Below are positions 55,970 to 64,000 of a DNA stretch of 64,000 nt, one piece after another. The translations under genes were made by a program, and so were the position numbers. Positions within the stretch are counted from its first letter, which is position 1. Each line of letters starts with the position of its first letter. The stretch is from Methanolinea sp. (GTDB taxonomy: Archaea > Halobacteriota > Methanomicrobia > Methanomicrobiales > Methanospirillaceae). A model generated the notes under the pieces. That model saw nothing but the letters and a program-made list of their open reading frames with translations. It made no database searches and was not told the DNA's origin. The stretch is taken from positions 6,989 to 70,988 of the forward strand of contig JANIHI010000008.1 in the NCBI GenBank assembly GCA_024518585.1, given 5' to 3'.

Positions 55970-56524
55970 ATGTTTTCCTGGCTCCGTTCCCACATGCGTG
56001 TGCTGGCGGAGCTCTCGCGTGCGATTCTATTCCTGTTTACCTTTGTACTCGCGGTCCCCCTCCTTCTGGGTGCCATCCTCGGAATTCCGGAGGGCAAAAT
56101 CCTCCCGCTCATCGCATCTGCGTTCATCCTTCAGGGGGCTGCACCTCCCCTCGGGCATCCCCTCGGGCTTGCTGACCCTGTCATCATCGCCCTGATGGCG
56201 TCCTTTGCAGTCGGTGTGGTGACCTGCATCCTCGAGGTCTGCGATGCCCTCTCCCTGACATCAGAACGGGTTGCACGCTGGATCCGGAAAGTCGGGGAGA
56301 GTATGGAGAAACACCCATCGATTCGCTCGTACGGGGCCATCTCCTGCATCTTCATCGCGTGGATACCCGGGATCGGGCTCTACGGCACTCCCGTCATTGC
56401 CTGGATTCTGGGATGGCAAAAAATCCCAACCATCATCTTCACGACGGCAGGTTTCGTGATCGCTTCCGGACTTGTCCTCACGGTGACGGTTTTTGCCGAG
56501 AGTATTCACCACGTCTTCTTCTGA
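55970..56524 (+). CDS. membrane protein, small-multidrug-export-like (paralog of 38772..39521)
   Basis: 184 aa. TM helices flank the loop RWIRKVGESMEKHPSIRSYG. Same layout as the 38772 product. Confidence 0.5.
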   Translation: MFSWLRSHMRVLAELSRAILFLFTFVLAVPLLLGAILGIPEGKILPLIASAFILQGAAPPLGHPLGLADPVIIALMASFAVGVVTCILEVCDALSLTSERVARWIRKVGESMEKHPSIRSYGAISCIFIAWIPGIGLYGTPVIAWILGWQKIPTIIFTTAGFVIASGLVLTVTVFAESIHHVFF

Positions 56525-56610
56525 TACCATTTCCGGTACATAGAGACCCATGGACAGGATTCGAGCCGGGAGACGTCTGACGCAAAATTTTTCCCCGGAG
56601 CCACAATCAG

Positions 56611-56618
56611 AAAAAAAA
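56611..56618 (-). terminator. T8 tract directly after the stop of the last gene of the small-protein operon
   Basis: Minus strand reads TAA-TTTTTTTT. Fits archaeal oligo-T termination. Confidence 0.45.
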
Positions 56619-56930
56619 TTATTCACCCGGGTTTTCCGTTGTGAGGTGGAGAGTGATGATCCCGTTGCATGCCTTGCATGCATAGAACTTTTCCGTCCAG
56701 CAGGAGGCACAGGCCCACCTCCCGCAGAGGGCACATTGCCTTAAGTCTTTCTTGGGGAATGTGTTGTTGCAGAGGTCGCATGAATAGCGGGAGAAACTGG
56801 CGGGGTCCCGTTCGGGGGAGTCCCCCTGCCTCCTCACCCTCTGGATATCCTTCCTGATGCGGGAGATGAGGTCTTCCCCCCTCTTTTTTTCCGGAAGACT
56901 ACCGTGGGACCTGCTTTTCCAGAGCCTCAA
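56619..56930 (-). CDS. basic protein ending in a four-CxxC zinc ribbon
   Basis: CDLC-x11-CALC-x4-CASC-x7-CKAC. The only long-ORF start is TTG 56930, which overlaps the upstream gene by 32 nt. An in-frame GTG further down is an alternative. Confidence 0.5.
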   Translation of the reverse strand: MRLWKSRSHGSLPEKKRGEDLISRIRKDIQRVRRQGDSPERDPASFSRYSCDLCNNTFPKKDLRQCALCGRWACASCWTEKFYACKACNGIITLHLTTENPGE

Positions 56931-57237
56931 TCCTCTCCTCCAGCCTGTTTAGTTCTTCGCCGAAATCCTTTTCGAAGGCCTTGAGCGCTGCCATCCTCTC
57001 CTCGTCCCTTGCGAGGAGGGTCATCTTTTCGTCCCTGAACTGCTCTGCCTGGGGACGCCGGACGAGCGACCATTCCTCGATGAGCATGTCGAATTTCCGG
57101 TCGAGGTACTCGTCGATCCGGCTCTCCAGCGGGCGGGATATATCCAGCCTGCCGGTCGACCCCCGCAAGTAATAGTAGAGGGTAAAGGCAATGAGAACGA
57201 TGAGAATGAGGACGAGGAGCCCTTCGATGATTGTCAT
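56899..57237 (-). CDS. TM-anchored coiled-coil protein (112 aa), paralog group with the next two genes
   Basis: N-terminal IIEGLLVLILIVLIAFTLYYYL helix, then EYLDRKFDMLIEEWSLVRR, then a heptad-rich helix. ATGA overlap upstream. Confidence 0.6.
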   Translation of the reverse strand: MTIIEGLLVLILIVLIAFTLYYYLRGSTGRLDISRPLESRIDEYLDRKFDMLIEEWSLVRRPQAEQFRDEKMTLLARDEERMAALKAFEKDFGEELNRLEERIEALEKQVPR

Positions 57238-57455
57238 TGTCGCCTCCCCCTGATATACTCGAGCCTCTTTTCAAGTTCGGTGAGCTTTGCCGAGGCCGTC
57301 GCCTCGAACCCTGCACACATCCGCGCCTCCTCTTCGAGTACGGAGAGGCGGGATACGAGGTCGCCGAGGTCCCGCCGGGTTGCGAGATCCCATTCCTCGA
57401 TCAGGTACTTCATGCGTCGGTCCACGTAGGAGCCGAGGTAGTCCGGGCGCTTCAT
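57234..57455 (-). CDS. small coiled-coil protein (73 aa), paralog
   Basis: SYVDRRMKYLIEEWDLATRRDLGDLVSRLSVLEEE. ATGA overlaps on both sides. Confidence 0.55.
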   Translation of the reverse strand: MKRPDYLGSYVDRRMKYLIEEWDLATRRDLGDLVSRLSVLEEEARMCAGFEATASAKLTELEKRLEYIRGRRQ

Positions 57456-57760
57456 TGCCCCTCGAGCCCCCTCAACTCTTTTTTGAGGGCAGCAGCCCTC
57501 TTTTCGAGTGCATTTCTGTTCTTCTCGAGGAGATCGATCTGCCCGTGGACACGATCAAGCCTCCGTTCCAGGTTTTTCAAGTGGATGGAGGTTACGAGCC
57601 CCCACTCGCTGATAATTGCCGGGAAATTCCGGTCGAAGTACTCGTCGAGCCCCCTGTCCATCGTCGGGAGGTGCTCATCGATGACTGCCGGGATCTCCTT
57701 TATCGATTCCAGTACGGGGTACTTCTCAATTGTCCTGCCGGGAGTCTCGTATTCGGCCAT
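57452..57760 (-). CDS. small coiled-coil protein (102 aa), paralog
   Basis: EYFDRNFPAIISEWGLVTSIHLKNLERRLDRVHGQIDLLEKNRNALEKRAAALKKEL. GGTGAG RBS-like sequence 4 nt upstream. Confidence 0.6.
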   Translation of the reverse strand: MAEYETPGRTIEKYPVLESIKEIPAVIDEHLPTMDRGLDEYFDRNFPAIISEWGLVTSIHLKNLERRLDRVHGQIDLLEKNRNALEKRAAALKKELRGLEGQ

Positions 57761-57764
57761 TGTC

Positions 57765-58148
57765 TCACCCCAACCTCTCCTCTTCGCGTTTTATCTTCTC
57801 TATCATCCGGTCGAGCTTTGTCAAGGCAACCTTGCTCTCGAGGCGCTTCAACCGTTTTTCAACGGCAGTATGCCGCGCAAGGATGTCAGTCTCCAGTCCC
57901 GCGTTCTCGTCATCGAGCTGCCTCAGTTCCTCGAGGTCCGCCGGGGCTATCCTGAAGAACGGGCGTCCCCTCTGTTCCATGTCCGCCTTCAGGAGGTTGA
58001 TCTTCTCCCGCTCGAGTTCAAGCTGGGCGAGCCGTGTCCGGGAGTAGACAAGGCGCATCTCCCGGATGATAAAGTAAACGATAACCAGACCAACAAGGAA
58101 GAAAATGACCGGGAGAGACTTTTCAAACAGCACCCACGCATCTGTCAT
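57765..58148 (-). CDS. TM-anchored coiled-coil protein (127 aa)
   Basis: SLPVIFFLVGLVIVYFII helix, then long E/R/L/K-rich helices. Confidence 0.6.
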   Translation of the reverse strand: MTDAWVLFEKSLPVIFFLVGLVIVYFIIREMRLVYSRTRLAQLELEREKINLLKADMEQRGRPFFRIAPADLEELRQLDDENAGLETDILARHTAVEKRLKRLESKVALTKLDRMIEKIKREEERLG

Positions 58149-58167
58149 GTATCAGGACCCCCGGATC

Positions 58168-58596
58168 TCAGAGGCTCTTTTCGTGAAGGCCTTTCTTAAC
58201 GGATTCAACTTCTTTTTCCACCGTCCCCTTTACCGAGGCTGTCTTGCTGGAAATTGTCTCCCTGGCTTTCTTCACATCCGCTTTTAAGGTCTCCCTAGTC
58301 TCCTCCGCGGTCTTTTTCATGCGTTCTCCCACTGGAGGCCTCCGCGTCACGTTCACCTCCGATCCTGACCGTGCCCCCACCTGGGCCATATCATCCGGGC
58401 TTAACCTGATATACCCAACCTCGACGAGCGTATCGGCAAAGACCGTGACCACGACAGGTTTTTTGCCACCCGGGGCAGAGACCTCGACCTCGTCTCCCTC
58501 GCCGATCCCGAGAGACTTTAAATGGCTCTCGTTCAGCCGTGCCCGTCCCCTGCTGGGAAATGCCCTTTCCTGGACTTTCAACGTGATTGAATCCAT
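58168..58596 (-). CDS. stand-alone Cdc48/VAT N-domain-like (double-psi barrel) protein with K/E-rich tail
   Basis: ITLKVQERAF..GRARLNESHLKSLGIGEGDEVEV...VGYIRLSPDDMAQVGARSGSEVNV follows the LKV-EA..G.ARL....LG...GD.VE..G.IR....R...G...G..V pattern of the VAT-N subdomain. Confidence 0.65.
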   Translation of the reverse strand: MDSITLKVQERAFPSRGRARLNESHLKSLGIGEGDEVEVSAPGGKKPVVVTVFADTLVEVGYIRLSPDDMAQVGARSGSEVNVTRRPPVGERMKKTAEETRETLKADVKKARETISSKTASVKGTVEKEVESVKKGLHEKSL

Positions 58597-58620
58597 ATGG
58601 GGGAGATTATGCTTGGGTAC

Positions 58621-58627
58621 TATAAAA
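58621..58627 (-). promoter_or_regulatory. TATA box (TTTTATA on the minus strand) 24 nt upstream of ATG 58596
   Basis: Plus strand tataaaa at 58621-58627. It is the only AT-rich element in the divergent intergenic region. Confidence 0.4.
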
Positions 58628-58716
58628 CCTCTCCCGGGCTTGGGTTTGACACGATCGGCGGGATGCCCCTGATATCCAGCAGAAACTAATTATCTTCTGT
58701 GCACAGAGACGTTTCC

Positions 58717-59547
58717 ATGAGATCGGCTGTTTTTTTTCTGCTCTGTCTGTTCTGCCTGGTCAATGGCACGGCAGCGTATGAACTGACCATCAATGCCCCT
58801 GCAGAAGTCCGGGCCGGGGCACCGCTCGAGGTAACGGGGAATACGACGTTTCCAGCCGGGACGCAGTTTGACCTCGTCCTCTACTACCTCCAGACGACAA
58901 TGCCCGAGATCGTCGCCCAAAAGATCATCATCGTTGATGAATCACGGTCATTCCAGGCATCATTCCCGACCATGGGACTGACACCGGGAGATTACAAGCT
59001 GGAGGTGCGTTTCCCGAGGGACCCGGGGTCACGGTTGAGTTCAAGCTCAGTGACGACCCGCATTGTACGGATCACGGACAGGTCAGGCGAGATTGAGATC
59101 ACATCGGACAGAAACCAGGTGATAGGAGATGCCCTGCGGATCGAGGGATACATGCCGAAGGCAGGGGTGACCACCCTGACCCTGAAGATAACGGGGCCGC
59201 AGGGCAGAGTCCTCCCCCCGCAGGATGTCAGGACAACGACCCGCCTTGGAAAGGATGAGGGGTATTTCTCCCTTGTTATCCCGGTTGGGGAGAGAGGTAA
59301 CTACTACGTCGACTTTTCAGATACTAAGGGGTATATAACGACGGTCCGGTTCACGGTCGAATCTTCCCCGGGAGCGACGCCGGTCCCTTCGGAAGAGGTC
59401 CATGACCACCAGGCGGAAGTGACCGTTCCCCGCAGTTCATCAATTCCTCTCCCCCTTGCAGGATCCATCGGCGGGCTCCTGATTGCATCGGGCCTTTCGT
59501 ACAGGAAGGTGAGAAAAATGGGAGAAAGAACGCAGAAAAAATACTGA
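58717..59547 (+). CDS. secreted surface protein with C-terminal TM anchor (beta-rich, Ig-like repeats likely)
   Basis: Signal peptide MRSAVFFLLCLFCLVNGTAAYE. C-terminal GSIGGLLIASGLSY helix followed by a basic tail RKVRKMGERTQKKY. Confidence 0.65.
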   Translation: MRSAVFFLLCLFCLVNGTAAYELTINAPAEVRAGAPLEVTGNTTFPAGTQFDLVLYYLQTTMPEIVAQKIIIVDESRSFQASFPTMGLTPGDYKLEVRFPRDPGSRLSSSSVTTRIVRITDRSGEIEITSDRNQVIGDALRIEGYMPKAGVTTLTLKITGPQGRVLPPQDVRTTTRLGKDEGYFSLVIPVGERGNYYVDFSDTKGYITTVRFTVESSPGATPVPSEEVHDHQAEVTVPRSSSIPLPLAGSIGGLLIASGLSYRKVRKMGERTQKKY

Positions 59548-59702
59548 TACACTACCTTTTTTTCCTTTGGGGGTTACCCCAGTTATTCTTAAAAATTATG
59601 CACAAAAAAACGTATTTTCGATAGTGATTTTGCAAAACGCAGGGATTATATTCGTCCTTCTTTGCCGGGGATGTGGATTGAAGGGTTTTTGGGCTGGTCA
59701 GT

Positions 59703-60341
59703 TTACTGCATCCTTCTCCATACCGCGACTTCGTAGAGGAGAAGGAGGAAGGTGACCATGACACCGCCAAGGAAGAACGCGAGGACGACCTCCGTGGGAA
59801 AAGCAGGGGCTGCCGGGACAGGGACAGCTGCGCGTTCGGCCATGATACCGACTGCCTTTTCTGCCTGGAAGGCTGCATCACCCCGCGGTGCCCCCTCCGA
59901 AAAGAAAGTCGAGGCCGCAAGGATTGCGTAGCTTGCCAGGGAGGCAAGGGCCACAACACCGAAGAGCGCAGCATACTTGAGGAGTATCGAGCGGATATTC
60001 GGCGTCTTTGGTGCCATGATGAGCAACTGGTTGCGAAGTCCGTACACCTTGACCTGCCTGCCTTTCACGCTGTACTTCACGTTCTTTACTTCAATCAGAC
60101 CAGCGTCAAGCAGGTTCTCGATGTGGTACTTGATGGTGCCCATCGGCATGGTAAGGGATGCTGCAAGGTCGCCTGAAGTCTGAGGTCCCTTCTCAAGGGC
60201 GTGGAGGATATCACTGGCAGCCTGGCTCGCAATTGCCTTCCCGATTTTTTGGGCCCTCTCGTCCCCGGGGAGGAGGATGACCAGGTCAGCGTCTGCCGGA
60301 TGCGTTTCCTGTCCCGTGCCGCTCCCTTCCTCCCCGTGCAC
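59703..60341 (-). CDS. ArsR-family winged-HTH regulator fused to C-terminal transmembrane segments
   Basis: ILHALEKGPQTSGDLAASLTMPMGTIKYHIENLLDAGLIEV is an ArsR-type HTH. It is followed by two hydrophobic helices. Confidence 0.75.
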   Translation of the reverse strand: MHGEEGSGTGQETHPADADLVILLPGDERAQKIGKAIASQAASDILHALEKGPQTSGDLAASLTMPMGTIKYHIENLLDAGLIEVKNVKYSVKGRQVKVYGLRNQLLIMAPKTPNIRSILLKYAALFGVVALASLASYAILAASTFFSEGAPRGDAAFQAEKAVGIMAERAAVPVPAAPAFPTEVVLAFFLGGVMVTFLLLLYEVAVWRRMQ

Positions 60342-60356
60342 AACTACCTACTCCCA

Positions 60357-63098
60357 TCACGGACCAAGGGCCGCGAGGATCTTTTCCCTCCCGGCTTCGA
60401 GGGCGCGCTCAATCTTATCAACGGCAGGCCCTCCCCCCCGGGCAAGCGCCGGAGACCCGCCCCCCTTTCCACCGAGGATACTGCAGACCGGCCCGATAAT
60501 TTCACCTGCATTGACCCTGTCCGTCCCGGACATCACGAGGACGGTTGCCTGCTCCGACCCGCTGGCAAGGAGGGCGACTCCCCCCTGGGCAGAGATATCA
60601 CTTGCGATGGCCGCAAGTTCCTTGGGCGAGAGGTCTATCCGCCTCACGAGGATCAAAACACCATTCACAGTCTCGGGGACGAGGGACTTCCTCTCGAGCT
60701 CCGCGATATGAAGGCGAAGCCGTTCTATCTCCTTCTTCTGGTTCTTCCACTCCGAGAAAAACCGGCTCACTGTCGCAGGGAGGTACTCGTACTGCACAGA
60801 GAGGACTTCTGACGCCTGGGCAAGGATCTTTTCAACACGCTGGACGTGTTCGACCGCCGCCAAACCGGCTGCAAATTCGAGCCGCTCTATCCCGTCCTGG
60901 ATGTGTTCCACGCGGATGACCTTGATGAAACCAACGTCTCCCGTTGTCCGGCAGTGCGTTCCGGCACAGGCTTCCACGTCACCAGCGACCTGGACAACGC
61001 GGATGTCCTTGCCGGGCGGAACACCGCCCTGGTACAGGGAAAACCCATAGAGCTGTTCGGCACGTGTCCGGTCGAGGTACTTGACATCCACCGGCAGATC
61101 TGCCATGACCATGCGGTTAGCAGCAATCTCAATTCTCCGGAGTTCGTCGGGCGTGATATGCTTGTAGTGACGGATGTCGAGCCGGGAACTCTCCGGGCCT
61201 TTCTGTGCCCCGGCCTGGTGGACATGGGCGCCGAGGACTTCCTTTGCGGCATGGAGGAGGATGTGGGTTGCCGTATGGTGGCGCATGAGAGACCACCGGC
61301 GTTCCTCGTCAACGATGCCCTTCACGCGGTCCCCCCGGCGCAGGATCCCGCCGGTCACGTGGTGGACGATGACGTCGCCTACTTTCTGGACGTCATCGAC
61401 CTTGACCATGCTCTCGGCCGATATCAGCATGCCGGTATCCGATGGCTGCCCGCCCCCCTCGGGGTAAAAGATCGTCTGGTCCATGACCACGTACCCGTCG
61501 AAGAAGTCGATGACCACGGCATCGAACTCCATGTCGGAAGGCTGCTCATAGTACAGTTTCCGGGTGGCGGGCAGCGCGGAAATCCGGTCCCGGTACTGGG
61601 CAAAGGGGTCTTTCTCTTCTTCAGGCTCCGACTCGGAGTGCATGTCCGCAATGAGCGAGTAGAAATTATCCGGCAACTCGACGACTGCCCCCTCGGCGGT
61701 CGCCACCTCCCTGATGATCTCTGGTGGTATCCCGTGGGAGTCGTACAGCGTGATCACTTCCTTGAGGGGGACCCGTTCACGCTTGGTCTTGTAGGTCCGG
61801 GCTATTCTCTGGACTATCTTTGTGCCCCTCTCCAGGGTGGCGTTACTCTTTTCCACCTCACGCTCCACTATCTCCCGCACGGTGCCGATGTCCTGTTCAA
61901 AGGCCGCCGTACCGACGATCTTCATCTGCTGCTCGATCAGGTCGGCGAGGGGTACCTGTATCCCGAGTTCCTTCATCATGCGGAGTGTCCGGCGCAGAAC
62001 AAGTCGGACAAGGTAACCTTCCCTGACATTCGAGGGGACAATGCAGTCACCGAGCATGTAGGCAAGGCAGCGCGTGTGGTCCACGATAGCATACACCTTC
62101 TCGATCGGCGCGATCATCCTGTCCAGGCGCTCGATGGGGACATCGATGGCAGTCGCAACCTTCTTGCGCAGCTGCCAGAGGTTGGTACCCGAAATATCCA
62201 TTACCCCTGCAAACCTCGCGTTCAGCGAGAGGATCCGCGTGTATTCCTTGTCTTCCAGGGCGTGGGCCAGTCCCGCAGCTTCCATGACCCTGCTTACCAT
62301 CTCAGGGAAGACCGCATCGTAGATCGTGGGAGACCCGCGAGATGCCCAGACCAGCCTCTCGAGGCCATAACCCGTGTCAACGATGTAATTGGGCATGGGG
62401 TAATACGTCTCGCCGGCCAGTTCTATCCCGGGTTTCCCCGTCTTTTGACGGCCGAGGTTCATGAAGACGAGCGTTGCGACTTCCAGTCCCCCGATCAACA
62501 CTTCAAGGCTCGGACCGGCGTTGCCTCCCCCTATCCAGGGGTGTTCCTTGTATGTGACGGAATTGAGGTCTCCACCGATGGAGGAGAGGAATTTCTCGCA
62601 CAGTTCCACGGTTTTTTCTTTCCAGTAGACCTCTTCGCCCTCCCGGTTGAATGCATGGTGTGCCATCATTTCAAAGAGGGTGAGGTGCCGGCCGGAACGC
62701 CCGACCGAATCGAGGTCATTGAGCCTGATGCAGGGCTGCGATATGGTGAGGGGGTTTGCAGGCGGGGGGACGATCCCTCCCGTGACCCATGGCTGGAAAT
62801 CGGCTATGGAGGCGATGGTCAGGTATATGTCATCCCTCCAGCGCGCTGCAACAGGGTAGCGGGATATGCGGGTGTGCCCGTTTTGTTCGAAGAAGGAGAG
62901 GAATGCTTCCCTCATCTCGTCAACAGTGTGACACCTGAATACCGGGGCCCCGATGAACTTGTAGGTCTCGCAGGGCGCATCCCCGCAGGTCTGGGTGTCA
63001 GGGTTCCGTGTCCAGAACGCCGCGCCACACCTGGAACAGATCCTGCGGGTAAGCCCGTGGGCCCTGAAGTATTCGAGCTGGTATTCTTCTTCGAGCAT
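60357..63098 (-). CDS. alaS: alanine--tRNA ligase (archaeal type)
   Basis: 913 aa. N-terminal ICSRCGAAFWTR...CGDAPC, class II core, editing-domain HHTATHILLHA and C...H...CAGTHC motifs. Confidence 0.95.
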   Translation of the reverse strand: MLEEEYQLEYFRAHGLTRRICSRCGAAFWTRNPDTQTCGDAPCETYKFIGAPVFRCHTVDEMREAFLSFFEQNGHTRISRYPVAARWRDDIYLTIASIADFQPWVTGGIVPPPANPLTISQPCIRLNDLDSVGRSGRHLTLFEMMAHHAFNREGEEVYWKEKTVELCEKFLSSIGGDLNSVTYKEHPWIGGGNAGPSLEVLIGGLEVATLVFMNLGRQKTGKPGIELAGETYYPMPNYIVDTGYGLERLVWASRGSPTIYDAVFPEMVSRVMEAAGLAHALEDKEYTRILSLNARFAGVMDISGTNLWQLRKKVATAIDVPIERLDRMIAPIEKVYAIVDHTRCLAYMLGDCIVPSNVREGYLVRLVLRRTLRMMKELGIQVPLADLIEQQMKIVGTAAFEQDIGTVREIVEREVEKSNATLERGTKIVQRIARTYKTKRERVPLKEVITLYDSHGIPPEIIREVATAEGAVVELPDNFYSLIADMHSESEPEEEKDPFAQYRDRISALPATRKLYYEQPSDMEFDAVVIDFFDGYVVMDQTIFYPEGGGQPSDTGMLISAESMVKVDDVQKVGDVIVHHVTGGILRRGDRVKGIVDEERRWSLMRHHTATHILLHAAKEVLGAHVHQAGAQKGPESSRLDIRHYKHITPDELRRIEIAANRMVMADLPVDVKYLDRTRAEQLYGFSLYQGGVPPGKDIRVVQVAGDVEACAGTHCRTTGDVGFIKVIRVEHIQDGIERLEFAAGLAAVEHVQRVEKILAQASEVLSVQYEYLPATVSRFFSEWKNQKKEIERLRLHIAELERKSLVPETVNGVLILVRRIDLSPKELAAIASDISAQGGVALLASGSEQATVLVMSGTDRVNAGEIIGPVCSILGGKGGGSPALARGGGPAVDKIERALEAGREKILAALGP

Positions 63099-63154
63099 AA
63101 AACCACGTGTTCTGATTTAATTCGGCTTTAAACGATAAAAATTGTTGGATTCAC

Positions 63155-63484
63155 TTAGCCCTTCCCCTTCCACTTCTCCTGGTACCATTCATCGACTGTC
63201 AGAAAAGTATCACACAGGGTGGCGAGGCGCACGGCAAGGATGTGCCAGCAGCACCCCCCGCGGTAGAGGTAATCCTGGCAGGTGCAGAACTCCTCCTCGA
63301 CGACATAATCTCCTGATGATCCCCTGACCACGATGAAGTCACGGAATTTCATGACACGGCCTTTGTCGAGGGCATCGATGGCCTTCCTCCCCCGCTCTCC
63401 ATACACACGGACGAGTTCTGCACGGAGGGCCGGCGAAAGCGCCTTCTCCTCCCTTATTTTTCTCCAGAATTCCTCGGTTTCCAT
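63155..63484 (-). CDS. SWIM zinc-finger protein (109 aa)
   Basis: CTCQDYLYRGGCCWHILAV is the SWIM CxC...CxH signature. Confidence 0.75.
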   Translation of the reverse strand: METEEFWRKIREEKALSPALRAELVRVYGERGRKAIDALDKGRVMKFRDFIVVRGSSGDYVVEEEFCTCQDYLYRGGCCWHILAVRLATLCDTFLTVDEWYQEKWKGKG

Positions 63485-64000
63485 GCGTTGACAACCGGCC
63501 TGTCATCGATGTAAGACCAGCCCATTTTTTCCGCGAGGTATTTCATGCCAGGGGCCTCGAGGGCATAGTGCGTCGCCTCTATGAGTGGCAGGGGGGAGGA
63601 GCGGGCAATAGAGTGCTTCAAGTCCGCAGAAAGGAACGATTCTGCCCCTCTATCCACTGCTTCGGTGATGAGCACCGGGTCGAAGGCCGCGCCTCCCGCG
63701 ACGGCAAGTCTCCCGGGCAGCGGCGGTGTGCCATATACGATCAGCGGGGACATGAGCCTGTCGGAGACTTCCTGGACCGTGAGAGGGCAGTCACCCACAA
63801 TCCCGAGGGACAGGCGGGAGGAGTCAGACATTCCGAGAACCTCCGCGAGTGCATCGTTTATGCCGCCGGATGCATGGTCGAAATTCGAGTGCATCACAAA
63901 GAGATGCATCCCGGAAGAGAGCAGGAGACGCATGAGACCGGCGAGGGGCCCGGTCAGGGACGTGACAGGTGACCACAGGGGAGTGTGATGCACCACGAGT
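63454..64000 (-). CDS. Nif3-family dinuclear-metal-centre protein (N-terminus beyond window end)
   Basis: VHHTPLW...HSNFDHASGGINDALAEVLG...EATHYALE are typical Nif3/YbgI motifs. The ORF is open to the window edge. Confidence 0.75.
   Translation of the reverse strand, partial: LVVHHTPLWSPVTSLTGPLAGLMRLLLSSGMHLFVMHSNFDHASGGINDALAEVLGMSDSSRLSLGIVGDCPLTVQEVSDRLMSPLIVYGTPPLPGRLAVAGGAAFDPVLITEAVDRGAESFLSADLKHSIARSSPLPLIEATHYALEAPGMKYLAEKMGWSYIDDRPVVNAWKPRNSGEK

Noticed and set aside
60846-63131. 761-aa plus-strand ORF
   Set aside because: It lies entirely antisense to the confidently identified alaS gene. Its product is R/P/G/V-rich with no motifs. This is a typical shadow ORF in GC-rich DNA.
1-64000. 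Search for CRISPR arrays, transposases/integrases, prophage or defence-island signatures, rRNA/tRNA genes, and long tandem or interspersed repeats
   Set aside because: None found by eye. The only repeated DNA elements are short promoter-region palindromes and direct repeats, reported separately. Gene content and composition look like native core or accessory chromosome throughout.

Overview
GC-rich, densely coding archaeal chromosome segment. Gene content points to a hydrogenotrophic methanogen of the Methanomicrobiales type: a 14-gene Mbh/Mrp-type membrane [NiFe]-hydrogenase, an AqpM-like channel, archaeal-type AlaRS, and many ATGA start/stop overlaps. I saw no rRNA, tRNA, CRISPR array, integrase or transposase.

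Gene order, left to right:
- CHAD + PPK1 (polyphosphate).
- A methanogen-specific ~500-aa protein + Cys-rich mini-protein + AqpM-like aquaporin.
- An ArsP-like permease / thioredoxin-like / DGC / ACR3 / USP operon.
- Radical-SAM/SPASM + DUF169-like + BASS transporter.
- MFS, MATE and MarR.
- An ABC exporter pair.
- AOR + Fd-ThiF/MoeB + MoaD + CooS + CooC + ferredoxin.
- A Trx-CcdA fusion.
- An orphan CHASE4-like histidine kinase.
- A Liv-type amino-acid ABC locus with two paralogous binding proteins.
- GDPD.
- Two adjacent disrupted genes (SLC13/TrkA-C permease; MBL-rhodanese), followed by a YeeE/YedE pair.
- HycI-like protease and mbhN..A.
- PUA/PP-loop enzyme and hisH.
- A tightly coupled operon of six small proteins of unknown function.
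- A surface protein, an ArsR-like membrane regulator, alaS, a SWIM protein and Nif3 (partial).

Most interesting:
1. The small-protein operon at 56.6-58.6 kb. It has a Cdc48-N-like head, three paralogous coiled-coil proteins, TM anchors and a zinc ribbon.
2. A TTCAA-N6-TTGAA palindrome recurring in three promoters. It links the aquaporin operon, the ArsP/ACR3 operon and the Trx-CcdA gene.
3. An NPA->NTA change in the aquaporin.
4. Compensating homopolymer frameshifts in the SLC13 gene.
5. A ferredoxin-like domain fused to ThiF/MoeB between AOR and CooS.

All family assignments come from motif recognition by eye, not from database searches.
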